Source: Acidobacteriota bacterium (lineage in GTDB: Bacteria > Acidobacteriota > Thermoanaerobaculia > Multivoradales > UBA5704). From it: 64,000 bases of DNA. A program made the position numbers and the translations under genes. The number at the start of each line of letters is the position of its first letter. Position 1 is the stretch's first letter. The DNA is taken from positions 1 to 64,000 of the forward strand of contig JBDTZG010000005.1 in NCBI GenBank assembly GCA_040005235.1, written 5' to 3'. This document shows positions 38,308 through 48,627 of this stretch, piece after piece. The notes below the pieces were generated by a model. That model ran no database searches, was not told where the DNA came from, and was given only the letters and a program-made list of their open reading frames with translations.

Positions 38308-39129
38308 ATGTCAAAGACCAAAACCGTCCGTCTCGTAACGGGCTTGGGCCTCGCCGTGCTGGTGGCGGGCGGCTTTTCAGCCTCTGCCCAAACCGCTCCT
38401 CCGCTGGGAACGCTGCAACACTTTGGCGTCTTGGGGCACTCGGGCGTGACCGGCTCCACCGGCTCGGGCACGATCGTCCAAGGAGACGTGGGCTCTTCGC
38501 CGACGGCGTCGATTTCGAACTTTCCACCCTCGAGCGTCGCTCCCGGGTTCGAAGTCCATTACATCAATGACTCGGCTGTGCAGCAGGCCCATGCCGATGC
38601 CATCACCGCCTACAACTTCTTGGCCGCGGAAGGTCCGGGCACGGTGCAAGCCGCGCAGCTGGATGGCGCCGTGCTGACCTCGGGGATCTATTCCTTCTCA
38701 GGCGGCGCCGCCGATCTGGCGGCCAACGGAACCCTGACTCTCAACGGGCCGGGGATTTTCGTCTTCCAGGTGGATAGCACCCTCACCGCCAACATCAACT
38801 CGAATGTCGTGGGCACCGCCGATCCCTGCAGCGTCTATTGGCGGGTGGGCTCTTCGGCGACCCTGAACGGCCTCACCTTTCTGGGCAACGTCATCTCGGA
38901 TGCCAGTACCACCGTGGGCTCCGGGTCCAACGTCACGGGCCGGGCCGTTGCGGGGACCGGTGCTACCGGCGCGGTGACGATGGCCGGCTCCGGCGGCAAC
39001 TCAATCGGGGGATGCGCTTCGTCCTTCTCGGTGACCGAAGTCCCGGCGCTCGGCAGCTTCGGATTTACGAGCTTCGTAGCGCTGCTCGCACTGGCAGGGT
39101 TCGTTCTTCTAAAGCGGCTCTCCGTTTAG
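38308..39129 (+). CDS. Ice-binding (DUF3494) family protein with IPTL-CTERM-like tail
   Basis: FGVLG.SGVT, QAHADA..AYN, LTSGIY, FVFQ, VYWRVGSSATL, FLGNVI; C-terminal VPALGSFG + TM + KR. Confidence 0.88.
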   Translation: MSKTKTVRLVTGLGLAVLVAGGFSASAQTAPPLGTLQHFGVLGHSGVTGSTGSGTIVQGDVGSSPTASISNFPPSSVAPGFEVHYINDSAVQQAHADAITAYNFLAAEGPGTVQAAQLDGAVLTSGIYSFSGGAADLAANGTLTLNGPGIFVFQVDSTLTANINSNVVGTADPCSVYWRVGSSATLNGLTFLGNVISDASTTVGSGSNVTGRAVAGTGATGAVTMAGSGGNSIGGCASSFSVTEVPALGSFGFTSFVALLALAGFVLLKRLSV

Positions 39130-39137
39130 CTCGCGCC

Positions 39138-39170
39138 ACCTCCCTCCCGCCTTTCGGGCGGGAGGGAGGT
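39138..39170. terminator. Hairpin between convergent genes
   Basis: ACCTCCCTCCCGCC-loop-GGCGGGAGGGAGGT perfect 14-bp stem. Confidence 0.75.
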
Positions 39171-39192
39171 ACGGTTCGTGGATGCCCAGGCC

Positions 39193-40206
39193 TCAGGGTT
39201 CCGAAAGCTGCACCAGTTGTTTGCCCTGGTTCTTGCCATGCAGCATCCCGATGAAGGCTTGCGGAGCGGACTCGATGCCCTGTGCAATGTCCTCCCGGTA
39301 TTTGAGTTTCCCTTCCTGCAGCCAGGCGGCGAGCTGCTCCAGGCCTTCGGGAAAGCGCTCGGCGAATTCCGAGACCAAGAAGCCTTCCACCTTCGCCTGT
39401 TTGACGATCAGCTGACAGAGCCAGCGCGGCCCCGGTTCGGGTCGCTCCAGGTTGTATTGCGAGATCTGTCCGCAGACGGCGATCCGCGCCTTCGGATTGA
39501 TCAGAAGCACGACGGCGTCGCTGACGCTTCCGCCGACGTTATCGAAATAGACGTCGACTCCGTCGGGGCAGAGGTCGCGTAGGCGGTGTTCGAAGTCCGC
39601 GTCGGTCTTGTAGTTGAAGGCCGCATCGAACCCGACCTCGTCGATCAGCCAGGAGACTTTGGCGTCGGAACCTGCGACACCGATGACGCGGCAGCCTTTG
39701 ATCTTCGCAATCTGGCCAACCAGCATTCCGACTGGACCGGCGGCCCCGGATACCACGACGGTTTCCCCTCGCTGGGGTTTGCAGACGTCGAGCAGCCCGA
39801 AATAGGCCGTGAGCCCCGGCTGGCCCAGCACGCCGAGGGCGGTCGAGATCGGTGCGAGGAGAGGATCGATCTTTCTCACCTCGCGCCCCTCGATGGCGGC
39901 GTACTCCTGCCATCCGAGCATTCCCGCCACGGCATCCCCTGCCCGAAGGCGTGGATTCTGAGACTCAAGGACTACGGCAACCGCGCCGCCGGTCATGATC
40001 TCGCCGAGCGCTATCGGCCGGGCATCCGAAGGAACCGCGTTCATCCGCCCGCGCATGTAGGGATCGAGCGAGAGGTAGACCGATCGGACCAGCACCTCGC
40101 CTACGGAGAGCGACGGGAGAGGCGAGTAGTCGAGTTGGAAGTCCGAGACCTTGGGGAAGCCGATCGGCCGGGAAGCCAGGGTGATCCGCCTGTTCACAAT
40201 GGTCAT
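39193..40206 (-). CDS. NADP-dependent oxidoreductase (PTGR1/CurA-like MDR)
   Basis: LASRP, LSLDPYMRGRM, GLTAYFGL, SGAAG, YFDNVGG, CGQISQYN. Confidence 0.93.
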   Translation of the reverse strand: MTIVNRRITLASRPIGFPKVSDFQLDYSPLPSLSVGEVLVRSVYLSLDPYMRGRMNAVPSDARPIALGEIMTGGAVAVVLESQNPRLRAGDAVAGMLGWQEYAAIEGREVRKIDPLLAPISTALGVLGQPGLTAYFGLLDVCKPQRGETVVVSGAAGPVGMLVGQIAKIKGCRVIGVAGSDAKVSWLIDEVGFDAAFNYKTDADFEHRLRDLCPDGVDVYFDNVGGSVSDAVVLLINPKARIAVCGQISQYNLERPEPGPRWLCQLIVKQAKVEGFLVSEFAERFPEGLEQLAAWLQEGKLKYREDIAQGIESAPQAFIGMLHGKNQGKQLVQLSEP

Positions 40207-40371
40207 CGCCGGAGGCTAATCTTCCGGCCCGTCCGGGGGAAAGAGCACTTACTACCCGAACGCGGGATCGTGGTGTAGGTAGAAACCACCCTCGTGCACC
40301 ACGACTCGTTCCGGATTCGAAGGTCCGTAACATTGATGGGGTCCTCCCGTACAGGCAGGGGGAGGAACTTC

Positions 40372-42930
40372 ATGCGATCCATATTCCAGAACATCCGCCA
40401 CGGCACTCGGCTGTTGGCCAAGCGCCCCGGCTTCACGGCGATGGCCGTTCTCGTTCTCGCTTTGGGCATCGGCGCCAACACGGCGATGTTCAGCCTGGTC
40501 AACGCGTTTCTGTTCAAGCCGCTGGTGCTGCACGCGCCCGAGCAGATCGTCGGCCTCTACAGCAAAGACGTCAAACGGCCGGACAGCTACCGCGCCTTCT
40601 CTTATCCCGAATATCGCGAGATCCGCGCCTCCAACAAGGCTTTTTCCAGCCTCATGGCGCACAACATGGCGATGGTCGGCCTCTCCGAAGGGGAGTCGAC
40701 CCGCCGGGTGTTCGCGGACCTCGTCTCCGCCAATTATTTCGAGACGCTCGGCGCGCCGCTTTCGCGCGGACGGGCTTTCACCGCCGAGGAGGAACGGCCC
40801 GGCAGCGCGATCCCGGTGGCGATCCTCAGTAGGTCGTTCTGGGAAAAGAACGGCGCCGATCCCGATCCGCTCGGCAAGCCGCTGCGGATCAACGGCAAGG
40901 TCTACACCGTCGTGGGGATCACCGCCCAAGGATTCACCGGCACGACGGCCTTGGTGACCTCCGACCTCTACCTGCCGCTCGGGATGTACGAGTCGGCGGT
41001 CAACGACTTCGAGGGGCGCGCGAGACCGCTTTCCGCGCGCGACAACCACGCGTTGATCGTCGTCGGCCGCCTGCGCCCCGGGCTGAGCCTCGAAACCGCC
41101 GACGCGCAGCTCGCCGCCACTTGGGGCCAGATGGACAAACCCCTGCCGGACGACAAGGACCAGGCCCTGGTCGTTCAACCTCTCTCCCGCTTGAGTGTCT
41201 CGACCCAACCGACCGACGACAAGGATTTGCGGGTTCCCTCGCTGCTGATGCTCTTCCTTTCGGGAATCGTCCTGCTGATCGCTTCGGGCAACGTCGCCAA
41301 CATGATCCTCGCGCGCAGCAACGCGCGCCGCAAAGAGATGGCGATTCGCCTGGCGCTCGGCGCCGGCCGATCGCGGATCGTGTCGCAAGGGTTTATCGAA
41401 GGGCTGGTGCTCGCCTTTCTGGGCGGCGCGCTGGGTCTCGTCTTTGCCTATTGGGGCACCTCGCTCCTGGTCCGCTCGCTCTCGGCGATCGCGCCGATCC
41501 AGTTGGTTTTCTCCGCCGTGCCCGATCCGCGGGTGCTCGCCGCGACGCTCGGTTTTTGCCTGTTGAGCACCGTGCTGTTCAGCCTGGCGCCGGCCTGGAA
41601 TCTGTCCCGGCCGAACATGACCACCCAGCTCAAGTCCGACGAGAAGACCGGCACCGAAGGAGGCAAGGATCGCCGCCTGCTCTCGCGGCGCAATCTGTTG
41701 GTCGTCGGCCAGCTCTCGCTTTCGTTGATGCTGCTGTCGATCGCCGGGCTTTTCATTCGCAGCTCGGTCGAAGCCGCGCGGGTTGATCCCGGGTTTCGTA
41801 CCGACCAGGGGTTGATCGTCGAAGTCGATCCGAGCCTCGCCGGGTACGACAAGGCCCAAGGCGCGGAGGTCACCCGGAGGCTGGTCGAACGGCTGCGCGC
41901 GGTGCCGGGGGTGGAATCCGCCAGCCTGGCCGCGACGGTTCCTTTCGGCATGGTCTCTTTGGGGCGGACGATCCAGCGGGCGAGCGATCCGGCGAGCGAC
42001 GCCAAAGATCCGGCCAAGAAGGACGCCCTGGTCAACTGCGGTTTCAACGTCGTCGGCACGGACTACTTCAAGACCCTGGGGATCTCCGTGCTGCGCGGGC
42101 GCGAATTTCAGGAGAGCGAGACGTTGGGGAGCGGCAAACCCGGTTCCGCCGCTTCGTCGGCGCCGGGCGTCGCGGTGATCGACAAACTCGCCGCCGAACG
42201 GCTGTGGCCGAAAGCCGACGCGATCGGCCGGCGGATTCGCCTGGTGGAAGGAGAGGCCGGCACCCCGGCGCGTGAGGTCGAAGTGGTCGGAGTCGTCGGC
42301 AACGTTCGGGAGCACATCATCGGCAGCAAGCCTCAGCCCTGGCTCTACGTCCCGTTCGGCCAGGTGACCCAATCGGACATGAACGTCCACCTGAAGGTCG
42401 CCGCTCAAGGCCCGGAGGCCGAAAGGCGTCTGCTCGACGCGATCCGGCGCGAGGTCCGCGCGGTGGACGCTCGCCTGCCGGTTTTGGCCTTCCGCACGAT
42501 GCGCAGTCATCTGGAGGCGAGCTTCGACATCTGGATCGTCCGCACCGCGGCTCGGATGTTCACTCTGTTCGGCGTGATCGCCCTGCTGCTCGCCGCCGTC
42601 GGCCTGTACGGCGTCCGGGCCTACACCGTTGCGCGGCGAACGCGGGAGATCGGCATCCGCATGGCGATCGGGGCGAGCGCGGGCGACGCCCTGCGCCTGA
42701 TTCTGCGGGAGGGGCTGCTGCTCACCGCGATCGGTTCGAGCGTCGGCCTGCTGCTCTCGCTGGCGCTCGGCAAAGTACTCGCCGGGATGCTCTATCAGGT
42801 CAGCTTCGCTGACCCGATCGTCTTTTCGGTCACTCCGCTGCTGCTCGCGTTCGTCTCGCTTCTCGCCTGCTACATTCCGGCGAGCCGGGCGGCGCGCATT
42901 CAGCCGATGGTAGCGCTGCGCAGCGAGTAG
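40372..42930 (+). CDS. ADOP-family duplicated ABC permease (MacB/FtsX x2)
   Basis: PGFT..AVL.LALGIGANTAMFS, EMAIRLALGA, RTREIGIRMAIGA, PASRAARIQPMVALR. Confidence 0.93.
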   Translation: MRSIFQNIRHGTRLLAKRPGFTAMAVLVLALGIGANTAMFSLVNAFLFKPLVLHAPEQIVGLYSKDVKRPDSYRAFSYPEYREIRASNKAFSSLMAHNMAMVGLSEGESTRRVFADLVSANYFETLGAPLSRGRAFTAEEERPGSAIPVAILSRSFWEKNGADPDPLGKPLRINGKVYTVVGITAQGFTGTTALVTSDLYLPLGMYESAVNDFEGRARPLSARDNHALIVVGRLRPGLSLETADAQLAATWGQMDKPLPDDKDQALVVQPLSRLSVSTQPTDDKDLRVPSLLMLFLSGIVLLIASGNVANMILARSNARRKEMAIRLALGAGRSRIVSQGFIEGLVLAFLGGALGLVFAYWGTSLLVRSLSAIAPIQLVFSAVPDPRVLAATLGFCLLSTVLFSLAPAWNLSRPNMTTQLKSDEKTGTEGGKDRRLLSRRNLLVVGQLSLSLMLLSIAGLFIRSSVEAARVDPGFRTDQGLIVEVDPSLAGYDKAQGAEVTRRLVERLRAVPGVESASLAATVPFGMVSLGRTIQRASDPASDAKDPAKKDALVNCGFNVVGTDYFKTLGISVLRGREFQESETLGSGKPGSAASSAPGVAVIDKLAAERLWPKADAIGRRIRLVEGEAGTPAREVEVVGVVGNVREHIIGSKPQPWLYVPFGQVTQSDMNVHLKVAAQGPEAERRLLDAIRREVRAVDARLPVLAFRTMRSHLEASFDIWIVRTAARMFTLFGVIALLLAAVGLYGVRAYTVARRTREIGIRMAIGASAGDALRLILREGLLLTAIGSSVGLLLSLALGKVLAGMLYQVSFADPIVFSVTPLLLAFVSLLACYIPASRAARIQPMVALRSE

Positions 42931-42961
42931 AGAACGAAAACCCGACACCAAGGAGCACCTC

Positions 42962-43480
42962 ATGTCCACCGACCCATTGATCCAAGATCTTTCCACCCTC
43001 TTCCTTCGCGACCTCGACGGCCTTCGGCGGGAGATCGAGCTCTATCCGGACGACGCTGCGCCGTGGGCCGAGATTCCGGGCCTGCCGAATCGCGGCGGGA
43101 CGCTCGCGCTCCATCTCGCGGGCAACCTGCGCCATTTCGTCGGGACGATCCTCGGGGGCAGCGGCTACGTGCGCGATCGGGATCTCGAATTTTCGGCGCG
43201 CGACGTGCCGCGAGCCGACCTGCTCGCCAAGGTCGCGACGGCGCGGCAGGAGGTCGAAGCGGGCCTCGCCGTGCTCGATCCGTCCGTGCTCGACAAGGAC
43301 TACCCGCTGCCGCTCGGCGGGCGGACGATCTCAACCCGTCAGTTCTTGATCCACCTGGCGGTGCACCTGACCTTTCATCTCGGTCAGATCGATTATCACC
43401 GCCGGGCCTCCACGGGGGACGCAACGTCGGCCGGGGTGATTCCGCTCTCGGCGCTGGGGCGCGCAATTCCGGCCGGGTAA
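42962..43480 (+). CDS. DinB/DUF1572 family protein
   Basis: LHLAGNLRH, YVRDRDLEF, HL..HLGQIDY. Confidence 0.85.
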   Translation: MSTDPLIQDLSTLFLRDLDGLRREIELYPDDAAPWAEIPGLPNRGGTLALHLAGNLRHFVGTILGGSGYVRDRDLEFSARDVPRADLLAKVATARQEVEAGLAVLDPSVLDKDYPLPLGGRTISTRQFLIHLAVHLTFHLGQIDYHRRASTGDATSAGVIPLSALGRAIPAG

Positions 43481-43614
43481 GCTTTTCTCAGGGGTCGGCC
43501 GCCTCCGTCCGGCGGCCCTGCCTATCTCTGATGACAGCTCGCTTCAGAGGGGCGCCGAGGGCAGGCCTGCCTCCCCCCGGCGTCACCTTTCATCTGCTTT
43601 AGAGGAGGGAGGCC

Positions 43615-43630
43615 GGGCATCGGCCTTGCG
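43615..43630 (+). promoter_or_regulatory. Probable sigma54 promoter
   Basis: GGGCATCGGCCTTGCG (GG-N10-GC) ~54 nt upstream of the GTG start at 43684. Confidence 0.55.
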
Positions 43631-43683
43631 GTAGGGTGTCGCATCCGTCGGAACCGTCACCCAGCGCAATCAAGGAGGGCCCC

Positions 43684-44133
43684 GTGATTTCTCCCATAGC
43701 GACGACCTACGAGCACAACATCATCGTTCCGATTGCCGTCATGCCACCGCTGGTCCCGGGCAAGGATCCTCAGTTGGTTTGCCCGGCGTTCATCGTGCCT
43801 CCGGGGGACTGGCTGATCGTCTGGAATCTCGTGACCATCCGTCAGCCGGAGATCGCGAAGGCAACCTTTCCGGCTGAGAAGGGCATCGCCCTAATGTATG
43901 GACAGGGTCAGAATTTCGATTGGTCCCGGCGCATCTCGGAGACTCAATGGGTGGCGTCGGTCGGGAACGGTCCGAAAACGGCGATGGCCAAGGTGTTCCC
44001 GCTCTCTTACGTGGTGAGCTTTTACTATCCCGCGCCGGGCTCGAACAAAAAGGTTCGCTACACCACAAAAGACCGCGGCGTGATCAGCCACGACCCGACG
44101 ATCGTGGTGTCGCAGGACCCGATCGACGGATAG
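43684..44133 (+). CDS. Small beta-rich hypothetical protein ending HDPTIVVSQDP
   Basis: AAGGAGG RBS + GTG; no signal peptide; convergent overlap with kinase 3' end. Confidence 0.7.
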   Translation: MISPIATTYEHNIIVPIAVMPPLVPGKDPQLVCPAFIVPPGDWLIVWNLVTIRQPEIAKATFPAEKGIALMYGQGQNFDWSRRISETQWVASVGNGPKTAMAKVFPLSYVVSFYYPAPGSNKKVRYTTKDRGVISHDPTIVVSQDPIDG

Positions 44134-46828
44134 TTTCCGGCGTCGGAAACGTCGGGTCGGAGCGCAGGGGATCGAACCAGGAGAACGCGAACCAGCGCGG
44201 ATCGAGACCCTGCGCCTCGGCCCTTCGGGCATGGAACAGCGCGGAGCCCCGGTCGCCGATCACGATGTAGACGACCGCCGCTTCGAATGCCAGTTGGGCG
44301 TTGTCGGGAGTGAGGCGCAGCGCCTTTTGAATCGTCTCGATCGCCGGATCGGTCTGGCCGAGATGCGCCCGGGCTTGGGCCTGGATCGAGAGCATCGGCC
44401 AGTTGCCGAGGGTGGCCTCTCGTTCGGTCGAAGTGAGCAGGCCGCGGTAGAGATCGCGTGCCTCTTTTTCGCGGCCCAGCAGGGTGAGGCAATCGGCGAG
44501 ATTGAGCGCGGCGGAGGGATCGAGCGGTTGGAGAGCGAGCGCGCGCCGGAAGCTCTCCTCGGCCTCGGAATAACGGCGCAGCAGTAGAAACGCCAGGCCG
44601 AGGTTGGAAAGCGATCCGGCGTCCGGTCGCCTAGCGACCAGCTGTTCGAGCAGGACGATCGCGCGTTGCGGATTGTTCAGCAGCTCGATCTGCGCCAGCG
44701 TTCGCAAGCCCTCGACGTTGCCCGGCGAGCGTTCCAACAGCTCGGCGAGATGACCGCGCGCGGCTGGCAGCCGCCCCGAGCGATACTCCGTGTTCGCCAG
44801 GATCAACAATGTTTTCCAGGAAGGCTGCATCCGTGCCGCGGCGGTCAACAGTTCGATCGCCTGCGGACCGTTGCCGCGCCGCTCGGCGAGCTGGCCGCGG
44901 CGGCGCAGCGCGGCGGCTGGATCCATCGGCTCGAACGCATCGAGCACCTTTTGCGCTTCGTCGAGATTGCCCGCCTGAAGCTCCAGATCGAACAAGCTGG
45001 CGAGCGGGCGCGGATCGTCCGGAGCGAGGCGCTGCGCCTGGCGGGCGAGGTCCAATCCTCGATCGAGATAGCGGCGCTCTCCGGTCTCTCCGAAACGGCG
45101 AACCGCAACGCTCGCTTCGAGAGAATAGATTTCGATCATCGCGGGCGCGCGGGAGCGCAACGCGGCCAGGTCGCTCAAGAGCCGGTCTTGGTCCGGGTCT
45201 TGGACCAGGCGTCGACGGAGGGCCAAATAGCGGGAGAAATCCTTCTCGTCGATGGCGAGCGCCTGGGTTTCGAATCGCGGTTTCCGGTCGGGATATCCCT
45301 CCCGGATCGAAGCGCTGATCGCCTCGGCAAACAGGCGCGGCCGCGAGGGGGGAAGCTGGAGCGCCGCGGTCCACAGCACCCTGCCGTCGCCGCCGCTCAG
45401 TCGGCGGAGGCGGACCTGGCAGAGATCCGCGGCGCAATCGGCTTGCCCGGTGACCACCTCGCCCGCCGCCACTGCGCGGGCGATCTGAGGTGTCGAGCCC
45501 GAGATCGCCTTGACCTGTGCGGATTCAACCGCCGCGACGCCATCGAGCGCGGCGAGGGCGCGCAGAATCGCGGCCTGCAGGTTGGCGGCGATCAAGGCCC
45601 GCTCCGGCTCGGGATCCGGGCCGCTGATCTTCGGTTCGATTACGGCGACGTAGATCGGCGGAGCGACGGGACGGCTGCGGAGGTAGACGAATAGGCCGAA
45701 GCCGATCACGGCGGTGAGAACGATGGACGTCGCGGCGAGGAGTGTGGTGCGAAACCGGGATTGGTTCTTCGGGCTGAGGGCATCCGCAGAGAGCGAAGCG
45801 GCCCTAGCGGCGGAGCCCGATTCCGTTGATTCACAAAGCCCTGCGGCGGCCAGCTCCGAGAGGATCTCTCGCGCGTTCGCGGGTCGCTCGGCCGGGGTTT
45901 TGGCGAGGCAGCGCCGGACGATCCGGCCGAAGGCGGGCGGCAGGTCCGGGCGGATCGCTTCAAGCTGTGCCGGCTCCTCGTAGAGGATGCGATGAACCAT
46001 CCCCGAGCGCTCGCCGCCGAACGGGCGTTCTCCGGCGAGCATTTCGTGAAGCAGCACGCCGAACGCCCAGAGGTCGCCCTCCGGGCCGGTCTCCTTGGGG
46101 CTTCCCCCGCCGAACGCCTCGGGCGGCATGTAGGCCGCGGTGCCCACGGCGAGACCCAGCTCCGTCAGCGGCGCGGCTCCCGCGGAGCGGGCGAGGCCGA
46201 AATCGAGCAGCTTCAGCCGCCCGTCGGGCAGCACCATCACGTTCTCCGGCTTCAAGTCGCGATGGACGATGCCGGCGGCATGGGCGACGGAGAGCGCAGC
46301 GGCGAGCTGGCCGGCGATCGAGACCGTTTCTGGGATCGGCAGTCGGTGCATCGGCTCTCGCGCGAGCCGTTCGGCGAGGGTCACCCCGTCGTAAAACGCC
46401 ATCGCGATGTACCGCCGGCCCTCGTGCTCGCCGATCTCGTAGACGGTGCCAATGTTCGGATGATCGAGCGCCGCGGTCGCACGGGCCTCGCGCCGAAAGC
46501 GCTCCTCGTCGCGCGCCGTCCGGGCGTTGGAGTGGCCGAGGAATTTGAGCGCCACGATCCGGCCGAGATCGAGATCGACCGCCCGATAGACCACCCCCAT
46601 CCCGCCGCGGCCGAGCGGCGCCACGATCCGGAAGTGGGACACCTCGCGCCCGAGCAGAGGATCGCCGTCGGGCTCGTCCTCGAAGGGCTCCGTGCGCTTC
46701 GAGTCCGCCATCGTGGGCAACCGAGACGCTTCGGCCGACACGAGCGGCAGCTCGGCACCGCAGGCGGCGCATCGGGCGTCGAACTCCGAGTTGCTCTGGC
46801 GGCACGCCGGGCAGACGACCGCCGACAT
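44084..46828 (-). CDS. Ser/Thr kinase with N-terminal Zn ribbon, TM and TPR region
   Basis: CPAC..CAAC, GRGGMGVVY, HRDLKPEN, DFGLAR, GTAAYMPPE; start overlaps upstream stop. Confidence 0.92.
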   Translation of the reverse strand: MSAVVCPACRQSNSEFDARCAACGAELPLVSAEASRLPTMADSKRTEPFEDEPDGDPLLGREVSHFRIVAPLGRGGMGVVYRAVDLDLGRIVALKFLGHSNARTARDEERFRREARATAALDHPNIGTVYEIGEHEGRRYIAMAFYDGVTLAERLAREPMHRLPIPETVSIAGQLAAALSVAHAAGIVHRDLKPENVMVLPDGRLKLLDFGLARSAGAAPLTELGLAVGTAAYMPPEAFGGGSPKETGPEGDLWAFGVLLHEMLAGERPFGGERSGMVHRILYEEPAQLEAIRPDLPPAFGRIVRRCLAKTPAERPANAREILSELAAAGLCESTESGSAARAASLSADALSPKNQSRFRTTLLAATSIVLTAVIGFGLFVYLRSRPVAPPIYVAVIEPKISGPDPEPERALIAANLQAAILRALAALDGVAAVESAQVKAISGSTPQIARAVAAGEVVTGQADCAADLCQVRLRRLSGGDGRVLWTAALQLPPSRPRLFAEAISASIREGYPDRKPRFETQALAIDEKDFSRYLALRRRLVQDPDQDRLLSDLAALRSRAPAMIEIYSLEASVAVRRFGETGERRYLDRGLDLARQAQRLAPDDPRPLASLFDLELQAGNLDEAQKVLDAFEPMDPAAALRRRGQLAERRGNGPQAIELLTAAARMQPSWKTLLILANTEYRSGRLPAARGHLAELLERSPGNVEGLRTLAQIELLNNPQRAIVLLEQLVARRPDAGSLSNLGLAFLLLRRYSEAEESFRRALALQPLDPSAALNLADCLTLLGREKEARDLYRGLLTSTEREATLGNWPMLSIQAQARAHLGQTDPAIETIQKALRLTPDNAQLAFEAAVVYIVIGDRGSALFHARRAEAQGLDPRWFAFSWFDPLRSDPTFPTPETIRRSGPATPRSSGRG

Positions 46829-48339
46829 CACCTCTCCTCGGCGCGATGACGGGCGAGCAGCTTTTGCAGATAGCTCCGGTGGAGGCCCGATTCCCGGGCG
46901 GCGCGCGAGACGTTGCCGTCGGTCCGGCGCATCAGCTCGGCCACGAACCGCCGCTCGATCTCGGCCACTCCCGCCTCGCGCGCTTCGGTGAGAGCCTCTC
47001 CCGTCAGCTCGCGGAACTCCGGTTCGGGGGTAGGCCCTTCGCCGGCCGTTTGCGCCATCTCCGGCGGCAGAAGCGATAGATCGAGCTCTGGGCCGCGGGC
47101 CAGCAGGCACGCCCGTTCCACCGCGTGGGACAGCTCGCGGATGTTGCCCGGGTAGTCGTGAGACAAAAGAGCGCGCTCGGCGCGCAGCGTGAACCGCGGC
47201 TTCTCGCCCGGCCGCCGCCAATGATGGCGCAGGAAGTGATCGGCGAGCAGCAGCAGGTCGCCCCGCCGTTCGCGCAGGGGAGGAAGGGTTAGGTCCAGCA
47301 CCTTCAAGCGGAAATAGAGGTCCTCGCGAAACTTCCCCTCGCGCACCAGCGCTTTCAAATCGCGATGGGTGGCGGCGACGATCCGCACGTCGACCTTTTC
47401 GGTCTTGTCCGTGCCGAGCCGTTGGATCTCGCCGAACTGCAGGAACCGCAGCAGTTTCGCCTGCGCTTCGAGCGGGATCTCGCCGATCTCGTCCAGAAAC
47501 AGCGTGCCGCCGTGGGCCGACGCGAGCCGTCCCGGCCGATCGCGCTTGGCGTCGGTGAACGCCCCGGCGACGTGGCCGAACAGCTCGGATTCGAGCAGCG
47601 TTCCGGGCAGGGCGGAGCAGTGGACGGTGACGAACGGCCGGCCGCGGCGCCCGCTGTTGACGTGGAGCGCCTTGGCGATCAGCTCCTTGCCCGTGCCGGT
47701 CTCGCCGAACACCAAAATGGGGGCGTCCGCCGCCGCCACCTGCGTCACGACTTCGAGGATCTCGATCATCCGCGGATCGCGGGTCACGATGCCGGCGAAA
47801 TCGTGCTGTGAGAACAGATCGTTCTCCAGGGCGCGATGCCGCCGTCGAAGCGTTTCGCGTTCGCTCGCCCGAAGGAGAAACAGGCCCGCGACCTCCGCCA
47901 GATGGCCGAGAAACTCGCGGCTCTCCGGGTCGAAGCTGTCGATCCGCTCGCGGTTTTCGAGATAGATCACGCCGTAGACCTCGCCGTCGTGGCGCAGCGG
48001 CGCGACCAGGGCGCAGCAGCGGCCGATCAGCAGGGCGCTTTCGCCCGAGCGAAAACGGTCGTCGTCGATCAGATTCGGCAGGTAGATGACCCGGCCGGTC
48101 TCGATCGCCTCGCGGACCAGGGTCCGGCTGTAGCGCCGTTCCAGAGCGGAGCGCTCCTCGCGCTCGTAACCGACGTCGAACTTCTGGTGGAACGAACCCT
48201 CCTCGCGCACCACCACGAAACCGGTCTCGGCTCCCGTGCGCTCGACGATCCGCGAGAGCAGCAGCTCGGGAGCCCGCTCGTCGTCGGGCTCGGCGAGCAG
48301 AAGCTTCGAGATCTGGAACAGCTCGCGGTAGACATCCAT
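46828..48339 (-). CDS. GAF-domain sigma54-dependent activator (Fis HTH)
   Basis: GETGTGKE, ESELFGH, GAFTDA, GTLFLDEIGE, FREDLYFRL, PGNIREL, GNVSRAAR. Confidence 0.94.
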   Translation of the reverse strand: MDVYRELFQISKLLLAEPDDERAPELLLSRIVERTGAETGFVVVREEGSFHQKFDVGYEREERSALERRYSRTLVREAIETGRVIYLPNLIDDDRFRSGESALLIGRCCALVAPLRHDGEVYGVIYLENRERIDSFDPESREFLGHLAEVAGLFLLRASERETLRRRHRALENDLFSQHDFAGIVTRDPRMIEILEVVTQVAAADAPILVFGETGTGKELIAKALHVNSGRRGRPFVTVHCSALPGTLLESELFGHVAGAFTDAKRDRPGRLASAHGGTLFLDEIGEIPLEAQAKLLRFLQFGEIQRLGTDKTEKVDVRIVAATHRDLKALVREGKFREDLYFRLKVLDLTLPPLRERRGDLLLLADHFLRHHWRRPGEKPRFTLRAERALLSHDYPGNIRELSHAVERACLLARGPELDLSLLPPEMAQTAGEGPTPEPEFRELTGEALTEAREAGVAEIERRFVAELMRRTDGNVSRAARESGLHRSYLQKLLARHRAEER

Positions 48340-48501
48340 CAGCGGTTCATCTCGATACCTGCCTCCGATCGAATGCATCTGTCTCTGGAGCAAGGCGGAT
48401 CTTAGTCGAAGCGCGACGGGAAATCCCGTTGCGCCGGCCTTCCAGGGGTGCCATGGGACGGTGGCAGGGCGGAGCGTCGCGATTGCCGCCGAAATGAGTG
48501 G

Positions 48502-48514
48502 AATCAGAGGTTTA
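48502..48514 (+). promoter_or_regulatory. Putative IHF site upstream of the sigma54 promoter
   Basis: AATCAGAGGTTTA matches WATCARN4TTR, 17 nt before the -24 box. Confidence 0.5.
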
Positions 48515-48531
48515 CGGGATGGCGGGCCACC

Positions 48532-48547
48532 TGGCACCCAGCCTGCT
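48532..48547 (+). promoter_or_regulatory. Sigma54 promoter of the aegerolysin gene
   Basis: TGGCACCCAGCCTGCT, GG-N10-GC. Confidence 0.7.
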
Positions 48548-48627
48548 CTAGGAAGAGTTTGTCGAGACGATCGCACCGCGAAGCTCAAGTTCTACGACAA
48601 ACCATTCAACCTGAGGGAGAGAACGCC

